Below are positions 34,890 to 44,332 of a stretch of 64,000 nucleotides of DNA, in pieces. How positions within the stretch are numbered: the first letter of the stretch is position 1; each line of letters starts with the position of its first letter. The stretch comes from Ilumatobacteraceae bacterium (lineage in GTDB: Bacteria; Actinomycetota; Acidimicrobiia; Acidimicrobiales; Ilumatobacteraceae), in assembly GCA_023262325.1 (NCBI GenBank), contig JALRBS010000118.1, forward strand, positions 3,199 to 67,198, in the 5' to 3' direction. The notes under the pieces are model-generated. The model was not told the origin of the DNA. It was given only the letters and a program-made list of their open reading frames with translations, and ran no database searches. The translations under genes were made by a program, and so were the position numbers.

Positions 34890-35670
34890 ATCGACCGTCG
34901 ACGCCCCTGTGAACCTCGAGTTCGCAGCCAAATATTTCGCTGAGTACCTCGTTCGAGAATGCCTTCTCGATCGGACCTTCGAAACAAATCTTCGCGTCAC
35001 GCACACCAAGCACATGAGTAACTCCGGACGGAACTTCTTCAAGATGGTGTGTCACCATCACGAGCGCCGACAGCGCTCTGTCGCCAGTCAGGCCGTGTAA
35101 GGCATCGACGAGATCCTCGCGAGCGAGTAGGTCAAGTCCGACAAACGGCTCATCGAGGACCACCAGATCAGGACTCGTCATGAGGGTTCGCGCAACAAGG
35201 ACCCGCTGCCGTTCGCCTGACGACAACGATCCGAAACGCTGTTCGGCACGCGAACCCACACCCATGCGGTTGAGGCAACGTCGCGCTTGCGCTCGTTGCT
35301 GTTCTGAGTACGAGTGCCACCACGGTTCAAGTGCGGCGTTGATCGCAGTGACCACGATGTCCTCGGCCGTGAGATCGAGCCGTAACTGATCAGAGAATCC
35401 CTGGGACGCATAGCCAATGCGTCGCCGCATGGCACGCACATCCATACGGCCAAGCCGCTCACCGAGCACATCGATCGTCCCAGAACTTGGATGCTCAACG
35501 AGCGCGAGGAGTTTGAGCAACGTCGATTTGCCCCCGCCATTCGGACCGAGCACAACCCAGCGTTCGCCTGACTGAACCCGCCAGTTGATGCCGGTGAGAA
35601 TCGTTCGTTCACCACGTTGAAATGCGACGTCAGTGACAGTCACGATATTTCGAGATGGATCGAGGGTCAT
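34867..35670 (-). CDS. ABC transporter ATP-binding protein (no adjacent permease)
   Basis: The track ORF runs to 35718. ATG 35670 forms an ATGA overlap with the rlmN stop. Walker A GPNGGGKST, signature LSSGERQRV, Walker B LVVLDEP. Confidence 0.85.
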   Translation of the reverse strand: MTLDPSRNIVTVTDVAFQRGERTILTGINWRVQSGERWVVLGPNGGGKSTLLKLLALVEHPSSGTIDVLGERLGRMDVRAMRRRIGYASQGFSDQLRLDLTAEDIVVTAINAALEPWWHSYSEQQRAQARRCLNRMGVGSRAEQRFGSLSSGERQRVLVARTLMTSPDLVVLDEPFVGLDLLAREDLVDALHGLTGDRALSALVMVTHHLEEVPSGVTHVLGVRDAKICFEGPIEKAFSNEVLSEIFGCELEVHRGVDGRFSARARR

Positions 35671-36710
35671 GTTTTCCGACTGATCTTGATGGGCTGGCCG
35701 GCAGCAAGTTGCCCACACGCGGCGTCGATTTCGTTACCTCGATTTCTTCTAACCGTCACGGGCACACCAGCGCTGTCGAGAACTGCACGAAATGCCTGAA
35801 TCCGCGCATGGGAAGATCCAGAGACCGGGTAGCCGGGAGTGCGATTGAGCGGAATCAGGTTGACGTGCACGACGGGTCGAATCTCGCGACACAGCCTGGC
35901 AAGTTCTTCTGCGTCGCGCACCGAATCGTTGACACCATCAATCATCGCCCACTCAAAACTCATACGTCGCCTTCGGGATTCGACGTAGTCGCGGCAGGCA
36001 TTCATCAAATCGCGTATTGGATACCGCCGGTTGATCGGTATGAGTTGATTACGTAACTCGTCCCGTGCTGCGTGCAGGCTGACGGCGAGTGTCACTGGCA
36101 ACGGTCGTTCGGCGAGCCGCCGAATGCCTGGAATGAGTCCGACGGTCGACACGGTGAGATGGCGAGCCGACAGCCCGAAATCATCATGAATACGTTGCAT
36201 GGCGGGCCACAACGCGTCCTCGTTGGCGAGTGGTTCGCCCATACCCATTGCGACAACATTCGTCAGTCGGCGTCCGGTCGAGGCTGCCGCTTCTTTTGCG
36301 AGTGCGACCTGCTCAACGATTTCACCAACCGTCAAGTGGCGTGAGAACCCGGCCTGACCGGTCGCACAGAAAGAACACCCCATTGCACAGCCAGCCTGTG
36401 TAGATACGCACACCGTCGCGCGATCGCTGTATTTCATGAGCACCGTTTCGATGCGATGACCACCTGATGTCTCAAACAGAAATTTGATGGTGTCGCCATC
36501 ATCCGATACCGAAGATGCCTTCTCGGACAGTTCCCGGGGGAGAGCGTGCGCGAGTTCGTCACGTAACCCCTTCGGCAATGTGGTCCAACTGCTCGGCTCG
36601 CCGCCCTGGGCGTACATCGCCGCCCACACTTGATCGAGGCGGTACCGCGGATGGCCATCCAACAGGGTTGCGAGTTCCGCTCGCTCGATGCCGAACCTCG
36701 TAGCACTCAT
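35667..36710 (-). CDS. rlmN: 23S rRNA/tRNA (adenine-C2)-methyltransferase, radical SAM
   Basis: 347-aa ORF with radical SAM motif CAMGCSFCATG, plus GMGEPLAN and the C-terminal IDAACGQL. Confidence 0.9.
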   Translation of the reverse strand: MSATRFGIERAELATLLDGHPRYRLDQVWAAMYAQGGEPSSWTTLPKGLRDELAHALPRELSEKASSVSDDGDTIKFLFETSGGHRIETVLMKYSDRATVCVSTQAGCAMGCSFCATGQAGFSRHLTVGEIVEQVALAKEAAASTGRRLTNVVAMGMGEPLANEDALWPAMQRIHDDFGLSARHLTVSTVGLIPGIRRLAERPLPVTLAVSLHAARDELRNQLIPINRRYPIRDLMNACRDYVESRRRRMSFEWAMIDGVNDSVRDAEELARLCREIRPVVHVNLIPLNRTPGYPVSGSSHARIQAFRAVLDSAGVPVTVRRNRGNEIDAACGQLAAGQPIKISRKT

Positions 36711-36712
36711 GG

Positions 36713-37684
36713 TCAGTCGGCTGACGTGTATTCCAGGTTCATGACATACGCACGGTCGGTGTGGTGAACAGTCAAACCTAACGATTCATACATCGACAGT
36801 GCCGCCTCGTTGTCGCTGTCGACATACAACATTCCAATCTGCAGTCCCTGGTCGGCGAGGTGAGCAAATCCTGACATTGCGAGCTGGCGACCTAGTCCGC
36901 GCCCGGCGAGATCAGGTGCTACCGCAATAACGTAAATTTCGCCCATGGCGGGCTGATGGCTATTCGGTTCGTGACGTTTCGTCCAGCAAAACCCAGCCAT
37001 TTCACGGGTATCGCCGTCGGATTCCCCGCGGGATCTCTCATGCACTCGAAAATCCTCGGCTTTAAACCATGACGCATGAAGACGACGTTCAAGGCTCTCA
37101 CGAGTCCAACCACCCTGTTCGTCATGGTCCGAAAAAGCTGCATTATTAAGTGTCAGCCACGGTTCTATGTCTCGAATCTCGTCGAAGTCACGAGTATGCG
37201 CTCCCTCGTCGCGGAAGCGCTGACGAACCGTCCCATCGAGACGCATGCGCATTTGCAGAAGGCGCCGATCTTCAGTGAAACCAATTCCCTGAGCCACCGA
37301 TTCGGCCCAACGGTCGTGGTCCCGAATCCACCATGTCACCTTTGGGACGCCTTCGCGCCGTAAGGCGCCAATCACCGCACTCACAATTTCGCTGGTCACC
37401 GTACGCGGCGGAGCTAGGTCATGATCGTTATTGGCGACGACTTCAATCACCCAGCCTTCATTTGACTGACTTGCGAGCGCGACCACGGAGGTATCACCCT
37501 CAACGCCACCAAGTGCCGCGATTGGAGGCGGGTCGCAACCGACATCGAGCAGGTCGAGCATGAGGTGATCGCTCAACACGCTGTGCCCGTGCAACGCCGA
37601 GACGCTCTCACAAAAGGACGCGATATAAGCCCTGGTCTCCGTAGTAACCGGTGCCGCAAGTTCGTTTGCTCTCCGCTGCGGCAT
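36713..37684 (-). CDS. mshD: mycothiol synthase (tandem GNAT domains)
   Basis: The track ORF runs to 37717 (TTG). ATG 37684 gives the N-terminal length expected for MshD. There are two GNAT halves, and the second carries AVAPDLAGRGLGRQL. Confidence 0.75.
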   Translation of the reverse strand: MPQRRANELAAPVTTETRAYIASFCESVSALHGHSVLSDHLMLDLLDVGCDPPPIAALGGVEGDTSVVALASQSNEGWVIEVVANNDHDLAPPRTVTSEIVSAVIGALRREGVPKVTWWIRDHDRWAESVAQGIGFTEDRRLLQMRMRLDGTVRQRFRDEGAHTRDFDEIRDIEPWLTLNNAAFSDHDEQGGWTRESLERRLHASWFKAEDFRVHERSRGESDGDTREMAGFCWTKRHEPNSHQPAMGEIYVIAVAPDLAGRGLGRQLAMSGFAHLADQGLQIGMLYVDSDNEAALSMYESLGLTVHHTDRAYVMNLEYTSAD

Positions 37685-37729
37685 ACCTGCGAGGCTACTC
37701 CTGTCGTTCGGGTTCAACGGAGTGAGTGG

Positions 37730-37933
37730 TTAGCGAGAGGCTCTACCCGCACGCAGCAGCGATCTCTGCGCCGATCGCAGCAGTCGTTCTGACTCGTACA
37801 GCGCCGACAACAAATCTTCACGTTCTGACGATCGCAGCGGCTCGATGAGCGCTGTGACTCGGTCCCGGCAACGCGAGACCGATTCCTCGACCGCCGACAC
37901 CTCGGCAGCAACCGTTTCCGGTGACGACTCCAT
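37730..37933 (-). CDS. small hypothetical protein (67 aa, predicted helical, acidic N-terminus and basic C-terminus)
   Basis: The ORF has a perfect TATGGT-N6-ATG signature and ends 13 nt (TTG 37717) to 45 nt (ATG 37684) before the mshD start. I recognise no family. Confidence 0.45.
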   Translation of the reverse strand: MESSPETVAAEVSAVEESVSRCRDRVTALIEPLRSSEREDLLSALYESERLLRSAQRSLLRAGRASR

Positions 37934-37939
37934 CCCTTC

Positions 37940-37945
37940 ACCATA
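37940..37945 (-). promoter_or_regulatory. -10 element TATGGT, 6 nt upstream of ATG 37933 (leaderless-type)
   Basis: The minus strand reads TATGGT GAAGGG ATG. Confidence 0.5.
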
Positions 37946-38000
37946 CGCGCCATTTCCCGCCCATGCGACTGAGCCGAAGGCTGTCGACCTTGCGCGTCGG

Positions 38001-38006
38001 TAGCCT
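38001..38006 (+). promoter_or_regulatory. -10 element TAGCCT, 7 nt upstream of GTG 38014 (leaderless-type)
   Basis: tagcct caacaac gtg. Confidence 0.5.
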
Positions 38007-38013
38007 CAACAAC

Positions 38014-39075
38014 GTGACGCGTCTACGGGAGAACATCGCCGCCATGCCCGGCTACCACTCTCCGCAAGTCGACGTACCCGTGCGTCTCAACACGAACGAA
38101 TCGCCATTCGCGCCCCCAGCATCTTTCGTGAATGCACTTGTTGCCCAACTGAGTGACGTTTCGTGGAACCGATACCCCGATCGAAAGGCGACTCGTCTCT
38201 GCAGCGCGATCGCAGATCGCCACGGAGTTTCACCCTCCGAGGTATTCGTTGCCAACGGATCAAACGAGGTGCTTCAGACGATTCTCATTGCATATGGAGG
38301 TGCTGGCCGATCGGTACTCGTCAACGAACCCGGCTACCAGATGCATGTGCAGATCGCGAAGGTCACGGGTGCGCAGGTTCACACAGTTGCTCGCCGGGGA
38401 GACTTCACCGTTGATGAGGACGCGTTCGTTGATGCGCTGCGACAACGAACGCCTCACGTGGTCTTTCTGACATCTCCGAATAATCCAACCGGTCTTTGTG
38501 ACCCAGAGCACCTCATCGATCTGGCGCTCGTCGAGAGCGATGCGGTCGTTGTCGTCGACGAGGCCTATGCAGAATTCGGTCGCTGGTCCGCACTCGATCG
38601 GCCGCTGCATGACCGAGTGGTCATTACGAGGACATTCTCAAAAACGTGGAGCATGGCTGCCGCTCGACTTGGCTACGCAATTTCGACGACCGCCATGGTG
38701 GACAGTTTGTGGACGACTGCGCTGCCGTACCACCTTGACTCTGTCAAGCAACTTGCAGGAGTGCTCGCGCTCCGATTTACCGACGAGATGGATGAACGCG
38801 TCGCTGCGATCAAAGGTGAGCGCGATCGGCTCATTAGCCAACTTCGTTCGTTCGGGTGTGTTGTTGTGGACAGCGACGCGAACTTCGTCTTGTTTGAGGC
38901 TCGACGAGGCACCAAAGATGCCGACAGCATTTGGCAAGAACTCGTCGATAGAGGCGTACTCGTGCGTAATTGCAGCAGTTGGCCCGGGCTCGAAGGGTGG
39001 CTACGCGTCACCATCGGTACGCCTCAGGAAAACGATGCATTTCTTGGCGCGATGAAGGAGATCACACATGTCTGA
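38014..39075 (+). CDS. hisC: histidinol-phosphate aminotransferase
   Basis: The track ORF starts at 37921, and ATG 37963 is an alternative. HisC similarity begins near VTRLRENIAAMPGYHSPQVDVPVRLNTNESPF. The PLP lysine context is RTFSKTWSMA. Confidence 0.88.
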   Translation: MTRLRENIAAMPGYHSPQVDVPVRLNTNESPFAPPASFVNALVAQLSDVSWNRYPDRKATRLCSAIADRHGVSPSEVFVANGSNEVLQTILIAYGGAGRSVLVNEPGYQMHVQIAKVTGAQVHTVARRGDFTVDEDAFVDALRQRTPHVVFLTSPNNPTGLCDPEHLIDLALVESDAVVVVDEAYAEFGRWSALDRPLHDRVVITRTFSKTWSMAAARLGYAISTTAMVDSLWTTALPYHLDSVKQLAGVLALRFTDEMDERVAAIKGERDRLISQLRSFGCVVVDSDANFVLFEARRGTKDADSIWQELVDRGVLVRNCSSWPGLEGWLRVTIGTPQENDAFLGAMKEITHV

Positions 39076-39679
39076 CAATCAACCGAAAGCACCGAGAGCA
39101 GCCACGGCTTCTCGAAATACCAAGGAAACCCAAATTGAGATTTCACTCAACCTTGACGGCGAAGGTCACGCGGCGGCGTCAACAGGGCTACCGTTCTTCG
39201 ATCACATGCTCGATCAGATCGGCCGACATGGTGGATTTGATCTCGTCATTGCGGCAAAGGGTGACTTGCATGTCGACTCGCATCACACGGTCGAGGACGT
39301 TTCAATAGCGCTTGGCGAGGTCTTTCGACAAGCATTCGGTGATAAGGCAGGTATCCGCAGGTTCGCGAGCGGACGATTTCCACTAGATGAGGCACTCGTC
39401 GATGTATCGCTCGATCTCTCGGGACGACCGTTTGTCGAGTGGCATGTCGACATGCCCGAGAGTCTTCCGCTCGGTGACCCGCCGTTCGACCCGCAACTCG
39501 CCGAGCACGCAATCTCGTCGTTCGCAACTGCTGCGGGAATCACGCTCCACGTTGAGCTCATCCGTGGACGAAACGTCCATCACATTATTGAGGCGGTCTT
39601 CAAGGGTGTCGCTCGGTGTTTGCGTGATGCCGTACGCATTGAAGGTCGTGGAATTCCTTCGACCAAAGGCGTCCTGTGA
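39068..39679 (+). CDS. hisB: imidazoleglycerol-phosphate dehydratase
   Basis: 203-aa ORF containing RNTKETQIEISLNLDG, FFDHMLDQIGRHG and HHIIEAVFKGVARCL. It overlaps hisC by 8 nt. Confidence 0.95.
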   Translation: MSDNQPKAPRAATASRNTKETQIEISLNLDGEGHAAASTGLPFFDHMLDQIGRHGGFDLVIAAKGDLHVDSHHTVEDVSIALGEVFRQAFGDKAGIRRFASGRFPLDEALVDVSLDLSGRPFVEWHVDMPESLPLGDPPFDPQLAEHAISSFATAAGITLHVELIRGRNVHHIIEAVFKGVARCLRDAVRIEGRGIPSTKGVL

Positions 39680-39704
39680 CTCAGCCCATGATGGTGATTC
39701 GATC

Positions 39705-40322
39705 GTGGTGAACATTGCCGTCATCGATTACGGCATCGGCAATCTGCATTCGGCAAGCAATGCTCTCAACTCCCTTGGTGCCGATTCGAGGTTGACGAAC
39801 GATCCGGCGACAATTCGCGCAGCAGATGGCGTCGTTCTACCCGGAGTCGGAAATTTTGGCGCCTGTATGACGGCACTTCGGGAGGCGGAACTCGAGGAGG
39901 AGACAGTCGCTGCCGCTCTTTCGGACACACCATTTCTGGGCATCTGCGTAGGTATGCAGATGCTATTCGACAGTTCTGAGGAAAGCCCTGGTATTGCCGG
40001 GCTCGGCGTCATGAACGGCGCGATCAAGTATCTGCCGACAACGGTCAAACGACCGCAAATGCAGTGGAACCAACTTGAGAGCCTCGGCTCAGATCTCGTG
40101 CTCGGCGCAGAGCCCGATGATCGTTGGATGTATTTCGTGCACTCGCTGTCAGCGCATCCAGTTGATTCATCGGTGATCGCTGCGACGGTGCAGTACGGCG
40201 GACCAGTGGTTGCGGCCGTCAGGACCACGCGTCTGCTCGCCGTGCAATTTCATCCCGAGAAATCCGGTGTTGCCGGTTTAGCCCTTTTGCGGCGATGGCT
40301 CAACCTTGAGGTTGGGTTATGA
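39705..40322 (+). CDS. hisH: imidazole glycerol phosphate synthase, glutaminase subunit
   Basis: The track ORF starts at 39387 inside hisB. GTG 39705 gives VVNIAVIDYGIGNLHSA. The catalytic Cys context is GICVGMQ, and the C-terminus has FHPEKS. Confidence 0.92.
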   Translation: MVNIAVIDYGIGNLHSASNALNSLGADSRLTNDPATIRAADGVVLPGVGNFGACMTALREAELEEETVAAALSDTPFLGICVGMQMLFDSSEESPGIAGLGVMNGAIKYLPTTVKRPQMQWNQLESLGSDLVLGAEPDDRWMYFVHSLSAHPVDSSVIAATVQYGGPVVAAVRTTRLLAVQFHPEKSGVAGLALLRRWLNLEVGL

Positions 40323-41038
40323 CACTCGATCTGTACCCAGCGATCGACATCTTCGACGGCAAAGTTGTCCGTCTCGCACAAGGCGACTACGACGCGGAAA
40401 CGGTGTACGGAAATAAACCTTCCGAGGTCGCAAAGAAATTCGTTGACGAGGGCGCCCGTTGGATACACATCGTCGATTTGAATGCTGCGCGAGGTGAGGG
40501 GCCGGTCAATCGTCCAGTTCTTCTCAACCTCGTTCGAACGTTGGATGGGCGAGCACAAGTGCAAACAGGGGGCGGGGTTCGAACTGTTGCTGATGCAGCA
40601 GCACTTGCCGACGGCGGAATCAGCCGCGTCGTGATGGGCTCGGCCGCCATACGGCAGCCCGGGCTCGTCTCCGAAGTTGCAGCGGTCCTCGACGTTGCGG
40701 TCGGGTTAGACCACAACGGTGGTTTTGTCGCAACCGATGGTTGGACCTCACCAAGCGAACTCACCGTCGACCGTGCCCTCGATCTCTTTCCGGCTGCATC
40801 GGCGTTTGTGGTGACCGACATCAACAGGGACGGCATGTTGAGCGGTCCTGACATCGAGGGTTTGCGACGTTGCACCGAACGAACCAGCACTCCAGTAATC
40901 GCAAGCGGTGGGATCTCATCTCTCGCCGACATTCGAGCACTGCGCGACATTCCAGGTCTCGCTGGAGTGATAACCGGGAAAGCGCTGTACGAGCATCGGT
41001 TCACTGTTGCCGAAGCGATCGCTGAGGTGAACTTGTGA
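40319..41038 (+). CDS. hisA: ProFAR isomerase HisA (possibly bifunctional PriA as in many Actinomycetota)
   Basis: 239-aa ORF containing [32 protein letters not shown] and ASGGISS. A 4-nt overlap occurs at each end. Confidence 0.9.
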   Translation: MTLDLYPAIDIFDGKVVRLAQGDYDAETVYGNKPSEVAKKFVDEGARWIHIVDLNAARGEGPVNRPVLLNLVRTLDGRAQVQTGGGVRTVADAAALADGGISRVVMGSAAIRQPGLVSEVAAVLDVAVGLDHNGGFVATDGWTSPSELTVDRALDLFPAASAFVVTDINRDGMLSGPDIEGLRRCTERTSTPVIASGGISSLADIRALRDIPGLAGVITGKALYEHRFTVAEAIAEVNL

Positions 41039-41814
41039 ACGCGACGGTCGCGAGAGTCATTCCTTGCCTCGACGTCACCGATGGTCGTGTCGTCAAGGGT
41101 GTCAACTTTGTCGATTTAGCCGACGCTGGGGACCCTGTCGAACTTGCCGTTCGCTACGACGAACAAGGGGCAGACGAACTCGTCTTTCTTGACATCACCG
41201 CATCGAGCGATGCTCGGCAAACTGTCGTCGACATGGTCAACCGGGTTGCAGAACGCGTCTTCATTCCGTTCACGGTGGGCGGCGGTATTCGGTCCCTCGA
41301 GGATGCACGTCGCATTCTCCGTGCCGGCGCGGACAAGGTCAGCGTGAACACAGCCGCAGTTCAACGTCCAGCACTCATTACGGAAATTTCTGATGTATTC
41401 GGAAGCCAGTGCGTCGTGTGCGCAATTGACGCCCGCGAGTCTCGGCCAGGATTTTTTGAAGTCGTTCTCCACGGAGGTCGAACCCCGACCGGACTTAATG
41501 CAATCGAATGGGCGCAAAATGCCACGTCGCACGGATGCGGAGAAATACTCCTGACATCGATGGATCGAGACGGGACTCGCCAGGGGTTTCACCACGAGCT
41601 CAATTCTGCAATCACGGCGGCAGTTGATGTGCCGGTGATTGCAAGCGGTGGTGTCGGTTCAATCGACCATCTCGCAGATGGAATCATTCATGGGGGAGTA
41701 GATGCCGTTCTTGCGGCCTCGATCTTTCATTTTGGGGAGTCCACAATCGCTGAGGCAAAAGCGTCCTTGATGCATCACGGCATTCGGGTTCGGCCGACTC
41801 CAAGCGCCAACTGA
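41035..41814 (+). CDS. hisF: imidazole glycerol phosphate synthase, cyclase subunit
   Basis: 259-aa ORF containing [36 protein letters not shown] and [10 protein letters not shown]. Confidence 0.95.
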   Translation: MNATVARVIPCLDVTDGRVVKGVNFVDLADAGDPVELAVRYDEQGADELVFLDITASSDARQTVVDMVNRVAERVFIPFTVGGGIRSLEDARRILRAGADKVSVNTAAVQRPALITEISDVFGSQCVVCAIDARESRPGFFEVVLHGGRTPTGLNAIEWAQNATSHGCGEILLTSMDRDGTRQGFHHELNSAITAAVDVPVIASGGVGSIDHLADGIIHGGVDAVLAASIFHFGESTIAEAKASLMHHGIRVRPTPSAN

Positions 41815-41835
41815 GTTGTCAACCTCGCCATTGGC

Positions 41836-41841
41836 TACCGT
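41836..41841 (+). promoter_or_regulatory. -10 element TACCGT, 6 nt upstream of ATG 41848 (leaderless-type)
   Basis: taccgt cgacac atg. Confidence 0.5.
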
Positions 41842-41847
41842 CGACAC

Positions 41848-42831
41848 ATGGCGATCCCTCACGAAAACATGGAATATCGACGTCTCGGTGCAACCGGTCT
41901 CAAAGTAAGCGTGTTGTCTTTCGGCTCGTGGGTCACCTTCGACACACAAATGGCTGATGATCCAGCGCTCGAGTGCATGCAGGCCGCTCACGATGCTGGA
42001 TGCAACTTTTTCGACAACGCCGAGGCCTACGCAGGTGGCAAAAGTGAGTCGATCATGGGACGGGTATTCCGTGATCTCGGTTGGCCGAGATGGTCGTATG
42101 TGCTCACCACGAAGCTCTACTGGGGAATCCACGGCAATGACCCCAATATGAGGAACACGCTGAACCGCAAGTACCTCATGCAAGCGATCGACGGTTCACT
42201 CGAACGCCTCCAGCACGAATTTGTTGACGTTGTGTACTGCCATCGATCTGATCCGAACACACCGATGCATGAGACCGTTCGCGCGATGAGTGACATTGTC
42301 GCCTCGGGCAAGGCGCTGTACTGGGGCACAAGCGAGTGGTCAGCGGATGAGATCAGACATGCGATAGAGATTGCTGACCGGCACCATTTGCACGCACCCG
42401 TTACCGAGCAGTCGCAGTACAACTTGCTCGAGCGTCGCCGCGTCGAGCGCGAGTACGGACGACTCCATGAAGAAACCGGATACGGCAACACGATCTGGAG
42501 CCCCCTGGCGTCGGGTTTGCTCTCAGGTAAGTACCGAGACGGAATTCCTGACGACTCGCGTGGAGCCCTCGCCGGTTACGAGTGGCTGCGGGAGCGAATG
42601 TCGGACGAGGCCGCAATTGCCAAGATTGAACGACTTCGACCAATCGCAGATCGGCTGGGATGCTCGATGGCGCAACTCGCGATCGCGTGGTGCACGCTGC
42701 ATCCGATGGTTTCAACGGTGATCACCGGGGCAAGCCGGGCCTCTCAGGTTCGCGAGAACTTCGGCGCACTCGACGTCATCCCGCAGCTCACGGAGGACAT
42801 CTCGGCCGAGATGGTGCAAGCGTTGAAGTAG
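41848..42831 (+). CDS. aldo/keto reductase (Kv-beta-subunit-like AKR)
   Basis: 327-aa ORF containing [32 protein letters not shown] and WGTSEWSA. Confidence 0.85.
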   Translation: MAIPHENMEYRRLGATGLKVSVLSFGSWVTFDTQMADDPALECMQAAHDAGCNFFDNAEAYAGGKSESIMGRVFRDLGWPRWSYVLTTKLYWGIHGNDPNMRNTLNRKYLMQAIDGSLERLQHEFVDVVYCHRSDPNTPMHETVRAMSDIVASGKALYWGTSEWSADEIRHAIEIADRHHLHAPVTEQSQYNLLERRRVEREYGRLHEETGYGNTIWSPLASGLLSGKYRDGIPDDSRGALAGYEWLRERMSDEAAIAKIERLRPIADRLGCSMAQLAIAWCTLHPMVSTVITGASRASQVRENFGALDVIPQLTEDISAEMVQALK

Positions 42832-43599
42832 TTACGCACCGACGGCGTGGTAACCGCCGTCTACGTGAATGACCTCACCCGTCGTGGCTGGGAACCAATC
42901 CGAAAGCAGGGCGCAACAGGCTCGGGCAACCGGCTCTGCGTTGTTGACATCCCAACCGAGAGGTGCCCGACCATCCCACGTGTCCTCAAACAGCGCGAAC
43001 CCAGGAATCGACTTGGCCGCCATGGTCCTCACCGGCCCTGCTGCGACGAGATTGCAACGAATCTGTTGGGCGCCGAGTTCTCTCGCGAGATACCGCGACA
43101 GGCTTTGCAAGGCTGATTTCGCGACACCCATCCAGTTGTACGCAGGCCATGCTTGGGAATTGTCGAAGTCGAGGCCGACAATTGAACCACCGTGCGGCAT
43201 GAGCGGAACGAAGGCATCAGCGAGGGTTTTCAGTGAGTAGGTAGAGATGTGCATCGCTGTCGCAACGTCTTCCCACGGGGCGCCGAAAAAGTCGTCGCCC
43301 AAGCATGACGCTGGCGCAAACCCGATCGCGTGTAGTACTCCGTCGACCGTGCCCAGCGACTTTCGAACCGATTCCCGAGCGCTCTCAACGTGTTCTCCAA
43401 CGGTGACGTCGAACTCGTAGACGTCAATTTCAGCGCTCAACTTGCGCGCCGTTCGCTGTGTGAGCGACAGCGCCCGTCCTGCGCCGGTCAAGACGATGTG
43501 TGCACCTTCGCGAAGTGCTATCTCTGCAACGCCATATGCAAGAGATGCATCGGTCAGCACGCCGGTGATGACAAGTTTTTTGCCCTCAAGAATTCCCAT
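42832..43599 (-). CDS. fabI: enoyl-[acyl-carrier-protein] reductase (NADH), InhA/FabI type
   Basis: 255-aa ORF that aligns closely by eye to InhA (GKKLVITGV, HAIGFAP, MPAYNWMGVAKSALQS, NLVAAGPVRT, LLSDWFPATTGEVIHVDGG). Its stop abuts the AKR stop with zero spacing. Confidence 0.9.
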   Translation of the reverse strand: MGILEGKKLVITGVLTDASLAYGVAEIALREGAHIVLTGAGRALSLTQRTARKLSAEIDVYEFDVTVGEHVESARESVRKSLGTVDGVLHAIGFAPASCLGDDFFGAPWEDVATAMHISTYSLKTLADAFVPLMPHGGSIVGLDFDNSQAWPAYNWMGVAKSALQSLSRYLARELGAQQIRCNLVAAGPVRTMAAKSIPGFALFEDTWDGRAPLGWDVNNAEPVARACCALLSDWFPATTGEVIHVDGGYHAVGA

Positions 43600-43605
43600 G
43601 GCATG

Positions 43606-43611
43606 AAGGTA
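43606..43611 (-). promoter_or_regulatory. -10 element TACCTT, 6 nt upstream of the fabI ATG (leaderless-type)
   Basis: The minus strand reads TACCTT CATGCC ATG. Confidence 0.5.
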
Positions 43612-43654
43612 GTCGCCTGCGGATCCGCAACGAGCGATGTGCGATGATCATGTC

Positions 43655-44326
43655 ATGCGTGTAGGCATCATTGGTGGTAGCGGGCCGGCAGGTTCAGCAC
43701 TGGCGGCACGACTCGCAAGTGTGGGTGTCGAAGCCATCATTGGGTCGCGATCGAAGTACCGGGCGATGGAGTCTCGAGATCGCTATCTCGAAACGAACCC
43801 AGAACTCAAGCCGCTGCTTGGTTATGGCGATAACGCCGAAGCTGCCGCCTGTGACCTCGTGGTCATTGCGACGCCATGGGATTCAGCCGCAACGACTGCG
43901 AGAGAGTTCGCTGCATTGCTGTCAGGAAAGATTCTCGTCAGCATGGCCAACGCGCTCGTCAAGGTTGGTCCCGAGTTCCAGCCACTCGTTCCGCCCCGAG
44001 GAAGCGTTGCTGCTCACGTACAGGCCGCAATGCCTGAGTGTCGTGTGGTGGCAGCGTTCCATCACCTCCCGGCCAAAGAACTCGGTCACATCGGTGAGCC
44101 GATTGACTCCGATGTACTCATTTGCGGAGATGATCCCGACGCCGTCGCCATCGTGAGCGAACTCGTGTCGAAAATTCCCGGCTGCCGACCTCTCGATGCA
44201 GGCGAATTGTCAAATGCAACCGCCATTGAGGCCTTTACGGCGGTGCTGTTACAACTCAACGTTCGGTATCGAACGAGGGTTGCTCCAAAACTGACAGGGA
44301 TTCGTCCCTCGGACGCACCTGCCTGA
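43655..44326 (+). CDS. NADPH-dependent F420 reductase-like oxidoreductase
   Basis: The track ORF starts at 43637. ATG 43655 gives MRVGIIGGSGPAGSALAARLA, a dinucleotide fold typical of the NpdG/Fno family. Confidence 0.6.
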   Translation: MRVGIIGGSGPAGSALAARLASVGVEAIIGSRSKYRAMESRDRYLETNPELKPLLGYGDNAEAAACDLVVIATPWDSAATTAREFAALLSGKILVSMANALVKVGPEFQPLVPPRGSVAAHVQAAMPECRVVAAFHHLPAKELGHIGEPIDSDVLICGDDPDAVAIVSELVSKIPGCRPLDAGELSNATAIEAFTAVLLQLNVRYRTRVAPKLTGIRPSDAPA

Positions 44327-44332
44327 CCAAAT

